Below are positions 29,704-40,092 of a stretch of 64,000 bases of DNA, in pieces. Numbering within the stretch: position 1 is the first letter of the stretch; each line of letters starts with the position of its first letter. Under the pieces are notes generated by a model that saw only the letters and a program-made list of their open reading frames with translations, ran no database searches and was not told the origin of the DNA. The stretch lies in IMG/VR virus record IMGVR_UViG_3300042882_000899, positions 1 to 64,000 of that record; one strand, 5' to 3'. The position numbers were made by a program, and so were the translations under genes. The DNA is from a virus.

Positions 29704-29958
29704 ATGTTAAGAAATAAGTTTAAGAAGTGGTTTGGTTTCCCTATGGGAAATGACTACAATGTTGATTCGCTAGAAAGATTACAGAAGTTAGTTAAAGAGG
29801 ATCTTAATGTTGTAGTAAAGAGGGCACCAGCCAAGAAGGCACCAGCCAAGAAGGCACCAGCCAAGAAGGCACCAGCCAAGAAGGCACCAGCCAAGAAGGC
29901 ACCAGCCAAGAAGGCACCAGCCAAGAAGGCACCAGCCAAGAAGAAGGCAACTCGATAA
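29704..29958 (+). CDS. histone-H1-like basic protein with PAKKA repeats
   Basis: 15-nt unit GCACCAGCCAAGAAG x8. Confidence 0.7.
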   Translation: MLRNKFKKWFGFPMGNDYNVDSLERLQKLVKEDLNVVVKRAPAKKAPAKKAPAKKAPAKKAPAKKAPAKKAPAKKAPAKKKATR

Positions 29959-30177
29959 ATGGACTCAAATAGAAAGTCCTTGCTTAAGACCATTAGTTGG
30001 CCTTTCGTACACTTCACATTTGTTGCTGGAATAATTTACTTTGCTCTTAAATATTTTACTGGAGAGGCAGAGTGGGAGTATGTTGGCCTATATGGCCTAA
30101 TGTATCTTTCTTTAGAAATGACATTCTTTTTTATTCATGAAAGATTATGGAATAAATTTGGCGGGAAGATTAAGTAG
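29959..30177 (+). CDS. DUF2061-like membrane protein
   Basis: KSLLKTISW...FFIHERLW. Confidence 0.7.
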   Translation: MDSNRKSLLKTISWPFVHFTFVAGIIYFALKYFTGEAEWEYVGLYGLMYLSLEMTFFFIHERLWNKFGGKIK

Positions 30178-30184
30178 CTAATTA

Positions 30185-30979
30185 ATGAAATTTCACTGGA
30201 TGATAAGGCATGAAGATACAAGTCCAGAAGGCCTAAAAAAAGCATTTGCGTATATAAATAGCTTTGGATACGACTCATGCATGCTGACTTATCATTCAAG
30301 AGAAAATGACATGTTTATCAAATTAGCTAGGGCAATTGATCCTGACCTGCCATTAAAATATATTATTGCGATGAGGACCTATGCCATTAGCCCAGAGTAC
30401 CTTGGGCTAATGGTTAAGGGGTTTGAAGAGATTGCAAAAGACAAGATAATGTTCAACATAGTTGCTGGGGACCTTCACGCAAATGAAACTAGCGTAGAAG
30501 ATGTGGTTGATTCTAGTCTTTTATCTACATCTCAAGATAGAGTTAAGTATACTGGATTATGGTTAGAAAAATTTACAAACTTAGAAATATTAAATGGCCG
30601 ATTACCCAAAATGTTTATGAGCGGAACTTCGAAGGCCACTTTTGACAACTGTAAAAATTTTAATGGCGGAATAATGGTAATGGTTGACTACTACATGGAA
30701 AACTTAGAGTTTTTATCCAAATTTGATACACGTTGCGTAAGCCTTCAAATATGTATTAGAGATACAGATGAAGAGGCTGATGAAGTAAAGCATGCCAATT
30801 ATGAAGGCGATAAGCTAAAATGGTGTTATTTTTATTCAGAAGATACTTTGTTGAAAAAGATCATGGATCTAAAAAGAAATGGAGTAACTGATATAATGGT
30901 TACTGGTTTACCATTTGACCCTGAAGTTCAAAGGGTTCATGAGTTTATTAAAAAAAACCTGGAGGCTTTTAATGGATGA
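30185..30979 (+). CDS. luciferase-like monooxygenase
   Basis: MKFHW, LKYIIAMR...SP.Y, FNIVAG. Confidence 0.7.
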   Translation: MKFHWMIRHEDTSPEGLKKAFAYINSFGYDSCMLTYHSRENDMFIKLARAIDPDLPLKYIIAMRTYAISPEYLGLMVKGFEEIAKDKIMFNIVAGDLHANETSVEDVVDSSLLSTSQDRVKYTGLWLEKFTNLEILNGRLPKMFMSGTSKATFDNCKNFNGGIMVMVDYYMENLEFLSKFDTRCVSLQICIRDTDEEADEVKHANYEGDKLKWCYFYSEDTLLKKIMDLKRNGVTDIMVTGLPFDPEVQRVHEFIKKNLEAFNG

Positions 30980-31652
30980 TGTAAAGATAGTAAATAATTT
31001 TATCTCAAAAGAAGACATAAAAACCTTTACTAAGTATATAGATGACAACTGGCAGGACCAAAACTTATTTAGACACAGGGTTGGGCTTGCTTTTAATAAA
31101 GGGCTTGCCGTAAGAGCTGTTTTCCCAGATGAAAAGCCTGCATCTTTATTTAAAGACCTTGAGGGTATTATATACAAACATTCTGAAAAATTTTTAAATT
31201 TATCAAAAAGCTTGTTTGATGACGATAGAGATGTTTATTTTTATGGAGTTTCTATCACAAGGTTGAGCAAGGATATTCAAATAAGAATACATACTGATGT
31301 CCACGACTACTTTACCGATCTTTTATACTCTGGTGTCATATACTTAAATGATGACTACCGTGGAGGAGAAATAACATTTTTAGATGAATACTCTTCTAGA
31401 GAAGAAGATGTTAAAATTGATCATTCTAAATCACAGAAAGTTGATTTCCCTTTGTACGACGACTCTTTAGGTGGATTTTCATATAAGCCTAAAGCTGGAG
31501 ATATTGTAATTTTCCCAGCAAATAAACTTCACGGAGGCAAGGTGGTCACCGAGGGGACTAGAGATGCAATAGTTTTTTGGTCAACTTTAGCAAAAGAATA
31601 CGAATTTGAAGGCTTTGATTCAGATCGAATCGTAGCAAAAATAAGAAGTTAA
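30972..31652 (+). CDS. 2OG-Fe(II) oxygenase
   Basis: HTD, YLNDDYRGGE, FP..LHG, R. Confidence 0.85.
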   Translation: MDDVKIVNNFISKEDIKTFTKYIDDNWQDQNLFRHRVGLAFNKGLAVRAVFPDEKPASLFKDLEGIIYKHSEKFLNLSKSLFDDDRDVYFYGVSITRLSKDIQIRIHTDVHDYFTDLLYSGVIYLNDDYRGGEITFLDEYSSREEDVKIDHSKSQKVDFPLYDDSLGGFSYKPKAGDIVIFPANKLHGGKVVTEGTRDAIVFWSTLAKEYEFEGFDSDRIVAKIRS

Positions 31653-32013
31653 GGGTATTTATGTTTAGTGGTTTTTGTGAAATAGAAGGCTGTGGCCAAA
31701 AGGCAACTAGGCTTTCTGGAAAGCTTAATGGGCCAATAATAGACATATGTGATGAGTGTTGGCACGAGCAATATAAGTCCTAATCAACTAAATGCTATAA
31801 TAGTCTTATAAGCGGAATACTAGTCCCGCTTAAATTAAATAACCTATAGGAGTAATAATATGTCAGACGGAAAAGATTTAAACGGATTTACATCACCAAA
31901 GGTAAACGACTCAACTGTTTGGGGAAACAATGAGCAGTACGCAGCTGATCCAAAGGCAGCATTCCCATCAACAGACGTTTCAAACCAGGCACAGGCTCAA
32001 GGCCCTAAGTAAC

Positions 32014-32213
32014 ATGTGCGTTGAATGCGGTTGCGAAAGTTTAGGCAGTGAAACTGGAATTAAAGAAGTTAATATCCAGGATGTTTCAGATCAAGGTAAT
32101 AGATAATGTGTAAAGATTGCGGATGTGGAGTAGAACAAGAAATTCAAAACGAGTCTGCTGAATCACCAGCTAGCAGAAACGTTGTAACTATATCACAGAT
32201 TAAGGGCGCATAG
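32014..32213 (+). other. two coupled peptides (32014-32106, 32106-32213), each starting MCxxCGC
   Basis: MCVECGCES..., MCKDCGCGV...; TAATG overlap. Confidence 0.55.
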
Positions 32214-32395
32214 TGTCAGAAAACGTTGTAAGCTCTGGAGAGGCAACTAAAAAAAATCCTTCTCAGGGTAAATTTAAATCTGGTATACAGTCTAAAAGAC
32301 CACCAATTAAGATAGACGTTAACAAGCACGGAATTAGAAGAGAAACTCCAACTGTTCCTAAATCACCTAGAAAAACTGGAAGAAAAAAAGTATAA
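32213..32395 (+). CDS. basic hypothetical protein
   Basis: Coupled ORF. Confidence 0.55.
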   Translation: MSENVVSSGEATKKNPSQGKFKSGIQSKRPPIKIDVNKHGIRRETPTVPKSPRKTGRKKV

Positions 32396-32534
32396 TGTCG
32401 CCAAAAAAGTTTGGCAAATTTGCGCCATTTAATGATACCATTATAAAAGATGGTAAAATTATAAAGATTAGAAAAGACGGTAGAATAAAGTCTATTGTTA
32501 ATGATTACGAACCTAACCATAAAGGGGATAAAAA

Positions 32535-32765
32535 ATTAGAAAGCTTCAGGACGGAACAGAAGTAGAAGAATTTGAATTCCCTATAGATTTAATTATACAC
32601 ACTAAAGCACCTGCTAAGTGGAAAATTATTGACATGGAGACTGGCGAAGAGTACCTTGGAAACCAAGAACCCCATAAAACTTTTGCGGAGATCTTGAGAT
32701 CTAGGGTTTCTTCTGGTAAAATTGGTCAATGGAAGAAAATAAAAAGGAGATCTGGTCATGAATGA
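32535..32765 (+). CDS. hypothetical protein, probable ATT start (absent from ORF track)
   Basis: AGGGGA SD + ATT, then RKLQDGTEVEEFEFPIDLIIHTKAPAKW... Confidence 0.55.
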   Translation: MRKLQDGTEVEEFEFPIDLIIHTKAPAKWKIIDMETGEEYLGNQEPHKTFAEILRSRVSSGKIGQWKKIKRRSGHE

Positions 32766-33237
32766 AAAAAATGTAGCTGAATGGATAGATGAGGATTTAA
32801 TAAAAAACGGAATTGCAGACGTTGTTAAAAATTTGAATTTATATAACTATAAGTATTTAAACATTCATTTTATACCAAATATCTTGAGCGATACCTGTTC
32901 AATAGAAGTTGAAGAGCTAAAAAGTGGTTACGAAGTTATTGATGGAATAGCCCTAGTAATCATAACATGTAATTCTGATCAGGATAAAGAGCTATGGTTA
33001 AAAGAAAATAACATCCCAGACTATTGGAATATATTCTTAGATCACGATAGAAGTGTATCTAAAAATTTTTCTAATCTAAATACAGAATACGATATCCCAG
33101 AAAGACTTTCCTGCTTAGTTAATTTTAACGGCGAGGTCCTGTGGTCCATGAAAAATGGTTTAAACGAAAAAAGAGATATGCTACTTTCAAATGAATTTAA
33201 TAAAGGCTTTGAAACTTTAAAAAATACAGCAGAGTAG
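32758..33237 (+). CDS. degenerate thioredoxin-fold protein
   Basis: F.P....TC..E, D.DR.VS..F, ER...LV. Confidence 0.45.
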   Translation: MNEKNVAEWIDEDLIKNGIADVVKNLNLYNYKYLNIHFIPNILSDTCSIEVEELKSGYEVIDGIALVIITCNSDQDKELWLKENNIPDYWNIFLDHDRSVSKNFSNLNTEYDIPERLSCLVNFNGEVLWSMKNGLNEKRDMLLSNEFNKGFETLKNTAE

Positions 33238-33241
33238 TTTA

Positions 33242-34036
33242 ATGAAAAAGTTGTATTTTTTACATATACCAAAAACTGCTGGTAAATTTGTATCTGCTGG
33301 TGTATCAAAATCTCTTTCGGATCATGCTAACTCTTTATACATAAGCACACATTTTCCTAACAACAAAGAATTTTTATCGGATAAAATATATATCTCTGCA
33401 CATGCTGGTATGTATATACCAGAAAACGTAGAAGGTGTTGATGTAGCCACTATAGTTAGGAATCCCATTCATGCCAGGGCAAGCTACTTTAATTTTATAT
33501 ATCATATGTATTTAGACAAAAGGGAAGAGTATCTAAATCTTAATACAATGCGTGAAAAGTTCTTATACTACCTCTTTGAAGATAATAATTTTTTATCCCA
33601 TAACAATTATCAAACCAGATTTCTATGCAATTCTTCAAACCCAAAATCATGGGACAGAAAAGAGTATTTTAAAGAAAGCAATAGTCTTTTAAAAAAATAT
33701 CATGACGGTCAGGCTTTTGATTGGTTTATTGATAATGATAATACTTCAGTAGAATTAGCTATTTCAAATTTATCTAATTTTAAAATAAAAAATACTGTTG
33801 AAAGGATAGATTTATTTTTAGAAAGCGTATCTTCATGGTTTATGGATAACTATGGGATCAGCGTAGAGTTTAATAAAAATGATAGGATAAACGAAAGCTT
33901 GTCGAAGGACAAAAATAATTCCTATTCATCTAAAGATTTAATTGACATGCTAAGCGAAAAAGAAATAGAAAAAGTTTTAACTTTAAATAGCATGGACTAT
34001 GCTGTTTATAATTTTGTAAAGGGCATGGAGTCTTAA
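33242..34036 (+). CDS. sulfotransferase-family protein
   Basis: FLHIPKTAG, RNP..R..S, N.MDYAVY. Confidence 0.8.
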   Translation: MKKLYFLHIPKTAGKFVSAGVSKSLSDHANSLYISTHFPNNKEFLSDKIYISAHAGMYIPENVEGVDVATIVRNPIHARASYFNFIYHMYLDKREEYLNLNTMREKFLYYLFEDNNFLSHNNYQTRFLCNSSNPKSWDRKEYFKESNSLLKKYHDGQAFDWFIDNDNTSVELAISNLSNFKIKNTVERIDLFLESVSSWFMDNYGISVEFNKNDRINESLSKDKNNSYSSKDLIDMLSEKEIEKVLTLNSMDYAVYNFVKGMES

Positions 34037-34037
34037 A

Positions 34038-35336
34038 ATGAAATTAAGTCCAGAAAGACCAAAAAAAGAATTAGAAGCGTTTAACTTTAAAATGCAAGGC
34101 TCATATGAAATAGATGAAATTACGAATATCGCCTTGTCATTTGATAAGCAGTGGAATTTATATACCTCTAGACAAAAAGAAGTGTATCCAGATAGAGTAA
34201 ACCCACATCTACACACAAATACTTATATCATACAGAACCACCCCCTGGACTGGGTTTTTGGAAGCCCAATAGCATCAGAGGTTTTGGATCCAGAAGCATT
34301 GTCTTCTATTTCTCATATAGTAGAATCTCTGGAGGAGGATTTAGTTGGAAAAGCTGCCAGAGTGCTTTTGATAAAACTAGAAGCTAATAAAGATGTCGCT
34401 ACACATGTTGATAATGGCGACTACTTATCAACAGTTAGAAGGTTTCACATACCATTGATAACAAATGATTTAGTTTCATATACAGTTAATGATGAAACTA
34501 TACATATGAAAAAATCTGAATGCTGGGAAATAAACAACCTAAAATATCATTCAGTTAGAAATGATGGGGATCAAGATAGAATACACTTATTAATAGATAT
34601 ACTTCCTGAGTATTCATTTAGAGTTTATAACGATAATTTAGACAAAAATGTTAGAATTATTGAAAATTTTATAACATCAGAAGAAGCAATTTTTTTTATA
34701 GATTATATAAACAAAAATAAAGATGACAAATCTAAATTTCCTTTAACAAGAGGCGAGGTGAGAGGAAAGATTAGAAGTGAAGCAAACATACCAGAGCTGG
34801 TGCCATTAAAAAAACATGAGGAAATACTAAATCAAATAAAAGATATTTCTAATAGGACTATGCGTGAGTTTAAGGATATATCTGGCAAAGATGACCTGTG
34901 CACCTCTGCATTTTGGATGACCAGACTTGGTCCCAATACAGTTTTGCCAATGCATACAGATGACCACAAGTTTGCTCAACATCTCTATATGAGCTCAGTT
35001 ATATATTTAAATGAAGATTATGAGGGCGGCTATATTAAATTTAAAGATGTTGATGTAACCTATAAGCCTAAAAAATATAGTGCAATATTTTTCCCATCTT
35101 CATATCAGCATGCAGTAACTAGAGTGAAAAGTGGTATAAGAATGACTTTGCCTAACTGGGTTTCGCTTGGGCAGGAAAGAAATATATTTGTAGAGAATCC
35201 AATTGTACATGATCCAAGAACTTTATTTGGTAGTGATTCTGATGATCCAGCTCTTCCAGCCCTTCTAGCAAGCTGGGCCAAAGCAAACAAGACAACAATA
35301 GCTGGTTATGATGGAACTGAGTATTATGGAGAGTAA
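34038..35336 (+). CDS. Asp/Asn-beta-hydroxylase-like domain fused to a 2OG-Fe(II) oxygenase
   Basis: HVD...RFHIPL...HSV.N...RIHLLID; then HTD...YLNEDYEGG...H. Confidence 0.85.
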   Translation: MKLSPERPKKELEAFNFKMQGSYEIDEITNIALSFDKQWNLYTSRQKEVYPDRVNPHLHTNTYIIQNHPLDWVFGSPIASEVLDPEALSSISHIVESLEEDLVGKAARVLLIKLEANKDVATHVDNGDYLSTVRRFHIPLITNDLVSYTVNDETIHMKKSECWEINNLKYHSVRNDGDQDRIHLLIDILPEYSFRVYNDNLDKNVRIIENFITSEEAIFFIDYINKNKDDKSKFPLTRGEVRGKIRSEANIPELVPLKKHEEILNQIKDISNRTMREFKDISGKDDLCTSAFWMTRLGPNTVLPMHTDDHKFAQHLYMSSVIYLNEDYEGGYIKFKDVDVTYKPKKYSAIFFPSSYQHAVTRVKSGIRMTLPNWVSLGQERNIFVENPIVHDPRTLFGSDSDDPALPALLASWAKANKTTIAGYDGTEYYGE

Positions 35337-36030
35337 AACGTTTGATCAAGAACACGCCATAGATTTGCTTGGTTACAACCTTAATAAAGTACCAATAAGT
35401 GAAGTTATTTGGTTAGATAAAAGCATACTGTTAAGTTTTGATTTAATGATTCACAAAAGCCCACTGCAGTACTCAGCTATAGTAGATATTGATTTTTTTA
35501 CACATGATAAAGATAAGGCATTTGAAAAAGAAAAGGCAAAATCATTTGCATCGATAACAATAAACGATAAAAGCATTTTATTGTCTTACAATGATTTCAG
35601 CATAAAATCTCCTTATATTTTTAATTTATTTGATTATGATAATAAATGGCATAGTTTTGAAATAGAAATTTTTCGGGAAAATCTATGGTGTCCAAATAAA
35701 AAATGTAAGTTTGAAGATTGTGTTCATTTAGATGCAGAGGCTTTAGATGATGACTATTTGGGATGGGACAATAGAGGATTAAAAAAGCATAGACGGGTTT
35801 CACTGTCTATTGATGGTTCAGAAAAACAATATTTTAACTATATGACTGATGCTAATAATTCTGTGATAAGTTTTGGAAACAATAACTTTAATCTAACAAA
35901 AGATTCAAAGTTGTATGCAGACGTAATTAAATATAATTTAGCAAATAAGCCATCATTATCATTAAAAAACATAAAAGCTGTATCGGGCGAGGATGAGGTA
36001 GAGTTTACATTAAAGAATAATATAAGTTAA
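35308..36030 (+). CDS. hypothetical protein
   Basis: Long ORF. Confidence 0.6.
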   Translation: MMELSIMESKTFDQEHAIDLLGYNLNKVPISEVIWLDKSILLSFDLMIHKSPLQYSAIVDIDFFTHDKDKAFEKEKAKSFASITINDKSILLSYNDFSIKSPYIFNLFDYDNKWHSFEIEIFRENLWCPNKKCKFEDCVHLDAEALDDDYLGWDNRGLKKHRRVSLSIDGSEKQYFNYMTDANNSVISFGNNNFNLTKDSKLYADVIKYNLANKPSLSLKNIKAVSGEDEVEFTLKNNIS

Positions 36031-36227
36031 AAATATGCTATTGACATACACCTACATATATTATATAATTTAATTATGAAAACTTTAGGAACATTAATTT
36101 TGTTAGGATTTATTGCCTACTTTATCTTTGCTGCTTATAGAGATATGAAGCAGGCAGTTGAAGCAACAAAGATACAGGAAAAGTACAATACAGACAAATT
36201 TTGGACATCTCAAAGGGATTTTGAGGA

Positions 36228-36530
36228 ATGAGTATGATTAAGCCATATGGCAATTTGCTGCTAGTTAAAGAAGATAAGGTAGAAGACAAAACAACATCCT
36301 CTGGTATTGTTTTGATGGCTTCTTTAAATGAATCATCTCTTAGAACTGGAAAGATCATCGACCTTGGAAATGGTGAGCATAACTATAAGGGTGAGCTAAT
36401 CCCTATTAACGGATTAGACGTTGGTGATGTAGTTTACTACAATCAAAACAGCGGTATTGATATTGAAGATGAAGGCGGAGAAAAGTATTTACTTCTGAAT
36501 ACAAAAAGCGTACTAGCGATTAAGGATTAA
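36228..36530 (+). CDS. groES: co-chaperonin GroES
   Basis: IKPYGNLLLV, TSSGIVL, VGDVV, VLAI. Confidence 0.88.
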   Translation: MSMIKPYGNLLLVKEDKVEDKTTSSGIVLMASLNESSLRTGKIIDLGNGEHNYKGELIPINGLDVGDVVYYNQNSGIDIEDEGGEKYLLLNTKSVLAIKD

Positions 36531-36810
36531 TTATTGTGAGAGAGCCTAAAATCATGAAGATGGACTGGCGTTCACTAGGATATTGGCCAGTTTACAAAGA
36601 TGAAAAGCTTACATGGGAAAAGGATCCTGATAAAGATGTGCAATAAATGCGGGATGTATCAAGAGAACATAGAGTATTGGGATAATCATCAGACTATGTC
36701 AGATAACAATGTATGGTGTGCTAAATGAAAGCTTTCTTAATATTAATGCTAGGTTTATTTCTATTTCTTAATTACATGGCCTGGTTACAACAGCAAAGAA
36801 TGGTCGGATA

Positions 36811-37080
36811 ATGATTGATTGGTTAGTTAATCGCATATTTAGATTTACATCTCTAAGGCAGGCCATCTTTAATGAAGTACATCTGTATGACCATTTAGAT
36901 AGTATTATGAGTGACCCAGAATCTATGGAAACAGCATCATTGAGCTGGTGTGAAGGAGATACATGGTATGGTTGGGCGCATGATAGTAACGCAAAACGTT
37001 ACTACTTTGATGATATTGGAAATAAGTCTCTCATTGGATTATGGGAAGATCAATTTTTAAGCAAGGCTGATAACAATTAG
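36811..37080 (+). CDS. hypothetical protein
   Basis: ORF. Confidence 0.55.
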   Translation: MIDWLVNRIFRFTSLRQAIFNEVHLYDHLDSIMSDPESMETASLSWCEGDTWYGWAHDSNAKRYYFDDIGNKSLIGLWEDQFLSKADNN

Positions 37081-37083
37081 AAT

Positions 37084-37154
37084 TTCAGGTTCCTATAATG
37101 GTCGTAGAGCGGTTTCCGAAACCGACAATGAAGGTCCGATTCCTTCACCTGGAG
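37084..37154 (+). tRNA. tRNA-Arg(CCG), divergent
   Basis: TTCAGGT/ACCTGGA acceptor, CGGT-TTCCGAA-ACCG, GAAGG-TCCGATT-CCTTC. Confidence 0.65.
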
Positions 37155-37365
37155 CATAATGCCTAAACGTTGGGAAGATAAATCTCAATGGATAACTCAT
37201 TGCCCAATATGTTTTTGTGCAACCACACATCAATTATTAGATTTTCATTTACAATATCATAAAATGTTGATCCCAATTAGTGAGGCCGTCGAAAAAAGAG
37301 ACATCTCAGTCAACTACGTTGACGCAACTGATGGTATAATAGATATCTAACGATAAGGATATAGT

Positions 37366-37596
37366 ATGTGGTGGTCATGGGTACTTGCTGCGATAGGTGT
37401 AGCTGGGATATATTTTGTAGGTCGAAAAGATAAGTGGGGGTGGTTTGTCCTGCTATTTAACGAATGTCTCTGGATAGCTTACGCAGTAATAACAAAACAG
37501 TATGGGTTTATTGCATCTGCAATCGCATATGCAGCAGTGTATATTAGATCTTATATACACTGGTCTAAAGAGCCAGTAAATAAAATAAGCATATGA
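37366..37596 (+). CDS. PnuC-like small membrane protein
   Basis: Three TM segments, WGW...NE.LW...YGF. Confidence 0.6.
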   Translation: MWWSWVLAAIGVAGIYFVGRKDKWGWFVLLFNECLWIAYAVITKQYGFIASAIAYAAVYIRSYIHWSKEPVNKISI

Positions 37597-38372
37597 AACA
37601 AACAATTAAGTTTCATTCAAAAACATTTAAAAACAATTTAGTTAAAGAAAATGCCCCATCACCTGCAAAAAGCTTTATGCCAGACTGGTTTGTGTCTAAA
37701 GAAAAATATGTTGTGGATGAAAATAATAACAAGTCTATTGAGTTTTACAAAACTAAAGATGGATCTGTCAAATTCAAAAGAAACAGAACGTATAAAGCTT
37801 GCCCTGCACTACTGGATTCTTTGTCGTCTGGCTACCTATTGTACACTCCATGCGACATAGAGGTTAAGAAAAAAGATGGGCAATACTTAATATCCGTAAA
37901 TGAAGATTTTGGTTCTGGAGTCAATGTAAAAAATGGTGCATTTTCATTTATTAGGGGCGAGAATGACGGATTTCCAACCCCAGTTGGCCACAGCCCAGTG
38001 CATTTTGTATGGAATACCAACTGGTTTCCAGAGGTTCCAGATGGGTATGTAGCTCTATTTGCTCACCCTATAAACAGGTTTGATCTACCATTCACAACAA
38101 TATCTGGAATAGTAGATTGCAGCGGATACATAAATGGAGGGGCAATCCCTTTCTTTATCAAAGAAGGATTTGAAGGTATAATAGAAGCTGGCACACCATT
38201 TGTTCAGATAATTCCATTTAAAAACGAGCAATGGGAGCACGAATCTATATTCTATAACGAAGAAGAGTCCTTAATTCATAGGCAACAAATGAACTCAGAA
38301 TATAGAGTTGTAGATGTTGATCACGACACTAACTATAAGCAAAAATTTTGGACTAAAAAAACTTATAAATAG
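37593..38372 (+). CDS. hypothetical protein (DUF6065-like)
   Basis: KACPA.LD...GY, HP.NR..LPF...SGIVD, GTPFVQIIPF. Confidence 0.6.
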   Translation: MKQTIKFHSKTFKNNLVKENAPSPAKSFMPDWFVSKEKYVVDENNNKSIEFYKTKDGSVKFKRNRTYKACPALLDSLSSGYLLYTPCDIEVKKKDGQYLISVNEDFGSGVNVKNGAFSFIRGENDGFPTPVGHSPVHFVWNTNWFPEVPDGYVALFAHPINRFDLPFTTISGIVDCSGYINGGAIPFFIKEGFEGIIEAGTPFVQIIPFKNEQWEHESIFYNEEESLIHRQQMNSEYRVVDVDHDTNYKQKFWTKKTYK

Positions 38373-38381
38373 GGGGAACAA

Positions 38382-38630
38382 ATGGCATACTCTAGATTCG
38401 CAGATAGCGATATATACATCTATCCTCATGTTGGCGGGTGGATTGAATGTGCAGCATGCTGGCTAAATGAGCCTTCAGATGAATATTCTTTATTCTCTAT
38501 GTCAGAAGAAATACATGACGATGGTCATCTAATTGCACATGTAAGAGAACATATTAAGGCGGGACACAATATTCCAACTGGTCTACTAATGGACATCCTG
38601 GAAGATGATAATAGATATGGTAAAATATAA
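38382..38630 (+). CDS. hypothetical protein
   Basis: SD plus ORF. Confidence 0.6.
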   Translation: MAYSRFADSDIYIYPHVGGWIECAACWLNEPSDEYSLFSMSEEIHDDGHLIAHVREHIKAGHNIPTGLLMDILEDDNRYGKI

Positions 38631-38632
38631 TT

Positions 38633-38854
38633 ATGGATAATATAGAATTAACAGATGAAGAGATCTCAAAGGGCTATGAGTCAGATAACCCAGATGAAGA
38701 TAAATGGGACAACATTGAAAAAGCTTGCTGGAGCGGTTATAAGCAGGTTGGTATGAAAGAAAAGGGTGGACAAAAAGTCCCCAACTGCGTACCTGTAAAA
38801 AAGTCCCTATTTGGCACTGAAGGCCCCCAGAAGCTCATACCAAGGAATAAGTAA
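38633..38854 (+). CDS. hypothetical protein
   Basis: CWSGY...VPNCV motif; leaderless start. Confidence 0.55.
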   Translation: MDNIELTDEEISKGYESDNPDEDKWDNIEKACWSGYKQVGMKEKGGQKVPNCVPVKKSLFGTEGPQKLIPRNK

Positions 38855-39058
38855 CATGGGTATACTAGACAACCTTGAAGCGGCTTTAGAGGCGGAAGAG
38901 GCAGAAAAGTGTCATTACTGCCAAGCTGTAGCTATATATAATGACCTTGCTGAAGTAGATAAGAACTATCAAATAGTAGGCGTATGTGCATGCCATTCAT
39001 TTAAAGGACTATCCTCCTAACTATTGACAATTCCTAGTCGACTAGGATATAATGTAAT

Positions 39059-40015
39059 ATGAAAAAAACAAAATGGCTATCATCAATTGCTATATCAATT
39101 ATTATGGCTATTTCTCCTGCGTCAGCAGTCGAGAATGGAACCTTATTAACACACGATGACAATGCTGTCTATTTATTAGACGGATCAGTAAATGCTTTCC
39201 TTTACAAGCCACAGATCGTATTCACATCTGCACATGGAATGGACCAGTGGGCTAAAGGAGATCTATTTGTTAATACATCCTACGGCAAAAAAGTAATGGT
39301 TAAACAGATACTAATGGCAAAGGGATTTAAAGATAGAATAATTACTAAAGAATCAATTGCGTCAGGAACATCAGTCACAAGCAGGTCCAATGACTTTGCA
39401 ATACTAATCTTATCAGAACCAATTCCAATGACAAATACAGTAGAATTAATTAAGGCTGAAGATCTTCCTATCATTCTTAATAGCCAAGAGCCAGTATACT
39501 CAGTTGGATATAGCTATTATGACAACACTCGCAAGAAAGACCAGAGCCCAAGACAACTTGAAGCAAAGATGATTGATAAAGAGTTGGCACGTCAGATATA
39601 CCAAAGGTACTATTCAGTCTGGCATCCAAATTGGGGTCCACGTGGAGCAACATTCGAACTGCTAGATATTCAATTAGTACATTCTGCAGCAAAAGGCTCA
39701 GGTTGTGACGGAGACTCAGGCAGTGGTTACTTTATTAAAAGGGGTGAAAACAAGGTCTACTTGGGTCCTGCTGGGGCACACAGTATTGGAATACCAAACT
39801 GCGGTCAGCCTGGATATTGGGGTGAGTACGGTAATGCCTTTGGTATTGAACCTGTATATAAACACTTAGATCTTATAAAAGAGGCTGAACTAATTGTTGA
39901 TAGCATGGTAATTAAGCCAGTAGACCCGAAGGTGGAACCTAAAGTAGAACCGAAAAAGAAGTATAATAGGAGATGGTCTAGCTTATTCAGGTATACACAA
40001 TTTCTTATGTGTTAA
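39059..40015 (+). CDS. secreted trypsin-like serine protease
   Basis: Signal peptide, TSAH, NDFAIL, GDSGS; TTGACA/TATAAT leaderless promoter. Confidence 0.8.
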   Translation: MKKTKWLSSIAISIIMAISPASAVENGTLLTHDDNAVYLLDGSVNAFLYKPQIVFTSAHGMDQWAKGDLFVNTSYGKKVMVKQILMAKGFKDRIITKESIASGTSVTSRSNDFAILILSEPIPMTNTVELIKAEDLPIILNSQEPVYSVGYSYYDNTRKKDQSPRQLEAKMIDKELARQIYQRYYSVWHPNWGPRGATFELLDIQLVHSAAKGSGCDGDSGSGYFIKRGENKVYLGPAGAHSIGIPNCGQPGYWGEYGNAFGIEPVYKHLDLIKEAELIVDSMVIKPVDPKVEPKVEPKKKYNRRWSSLFRYTQFLMC

Positions 40016-40092
40016 TATAGTCTAATATAGGCCGAAAGTGAAGTCGAAAAGTAGAGACACCCAGTCACTACGTGACAATATAGATTGGCAAC

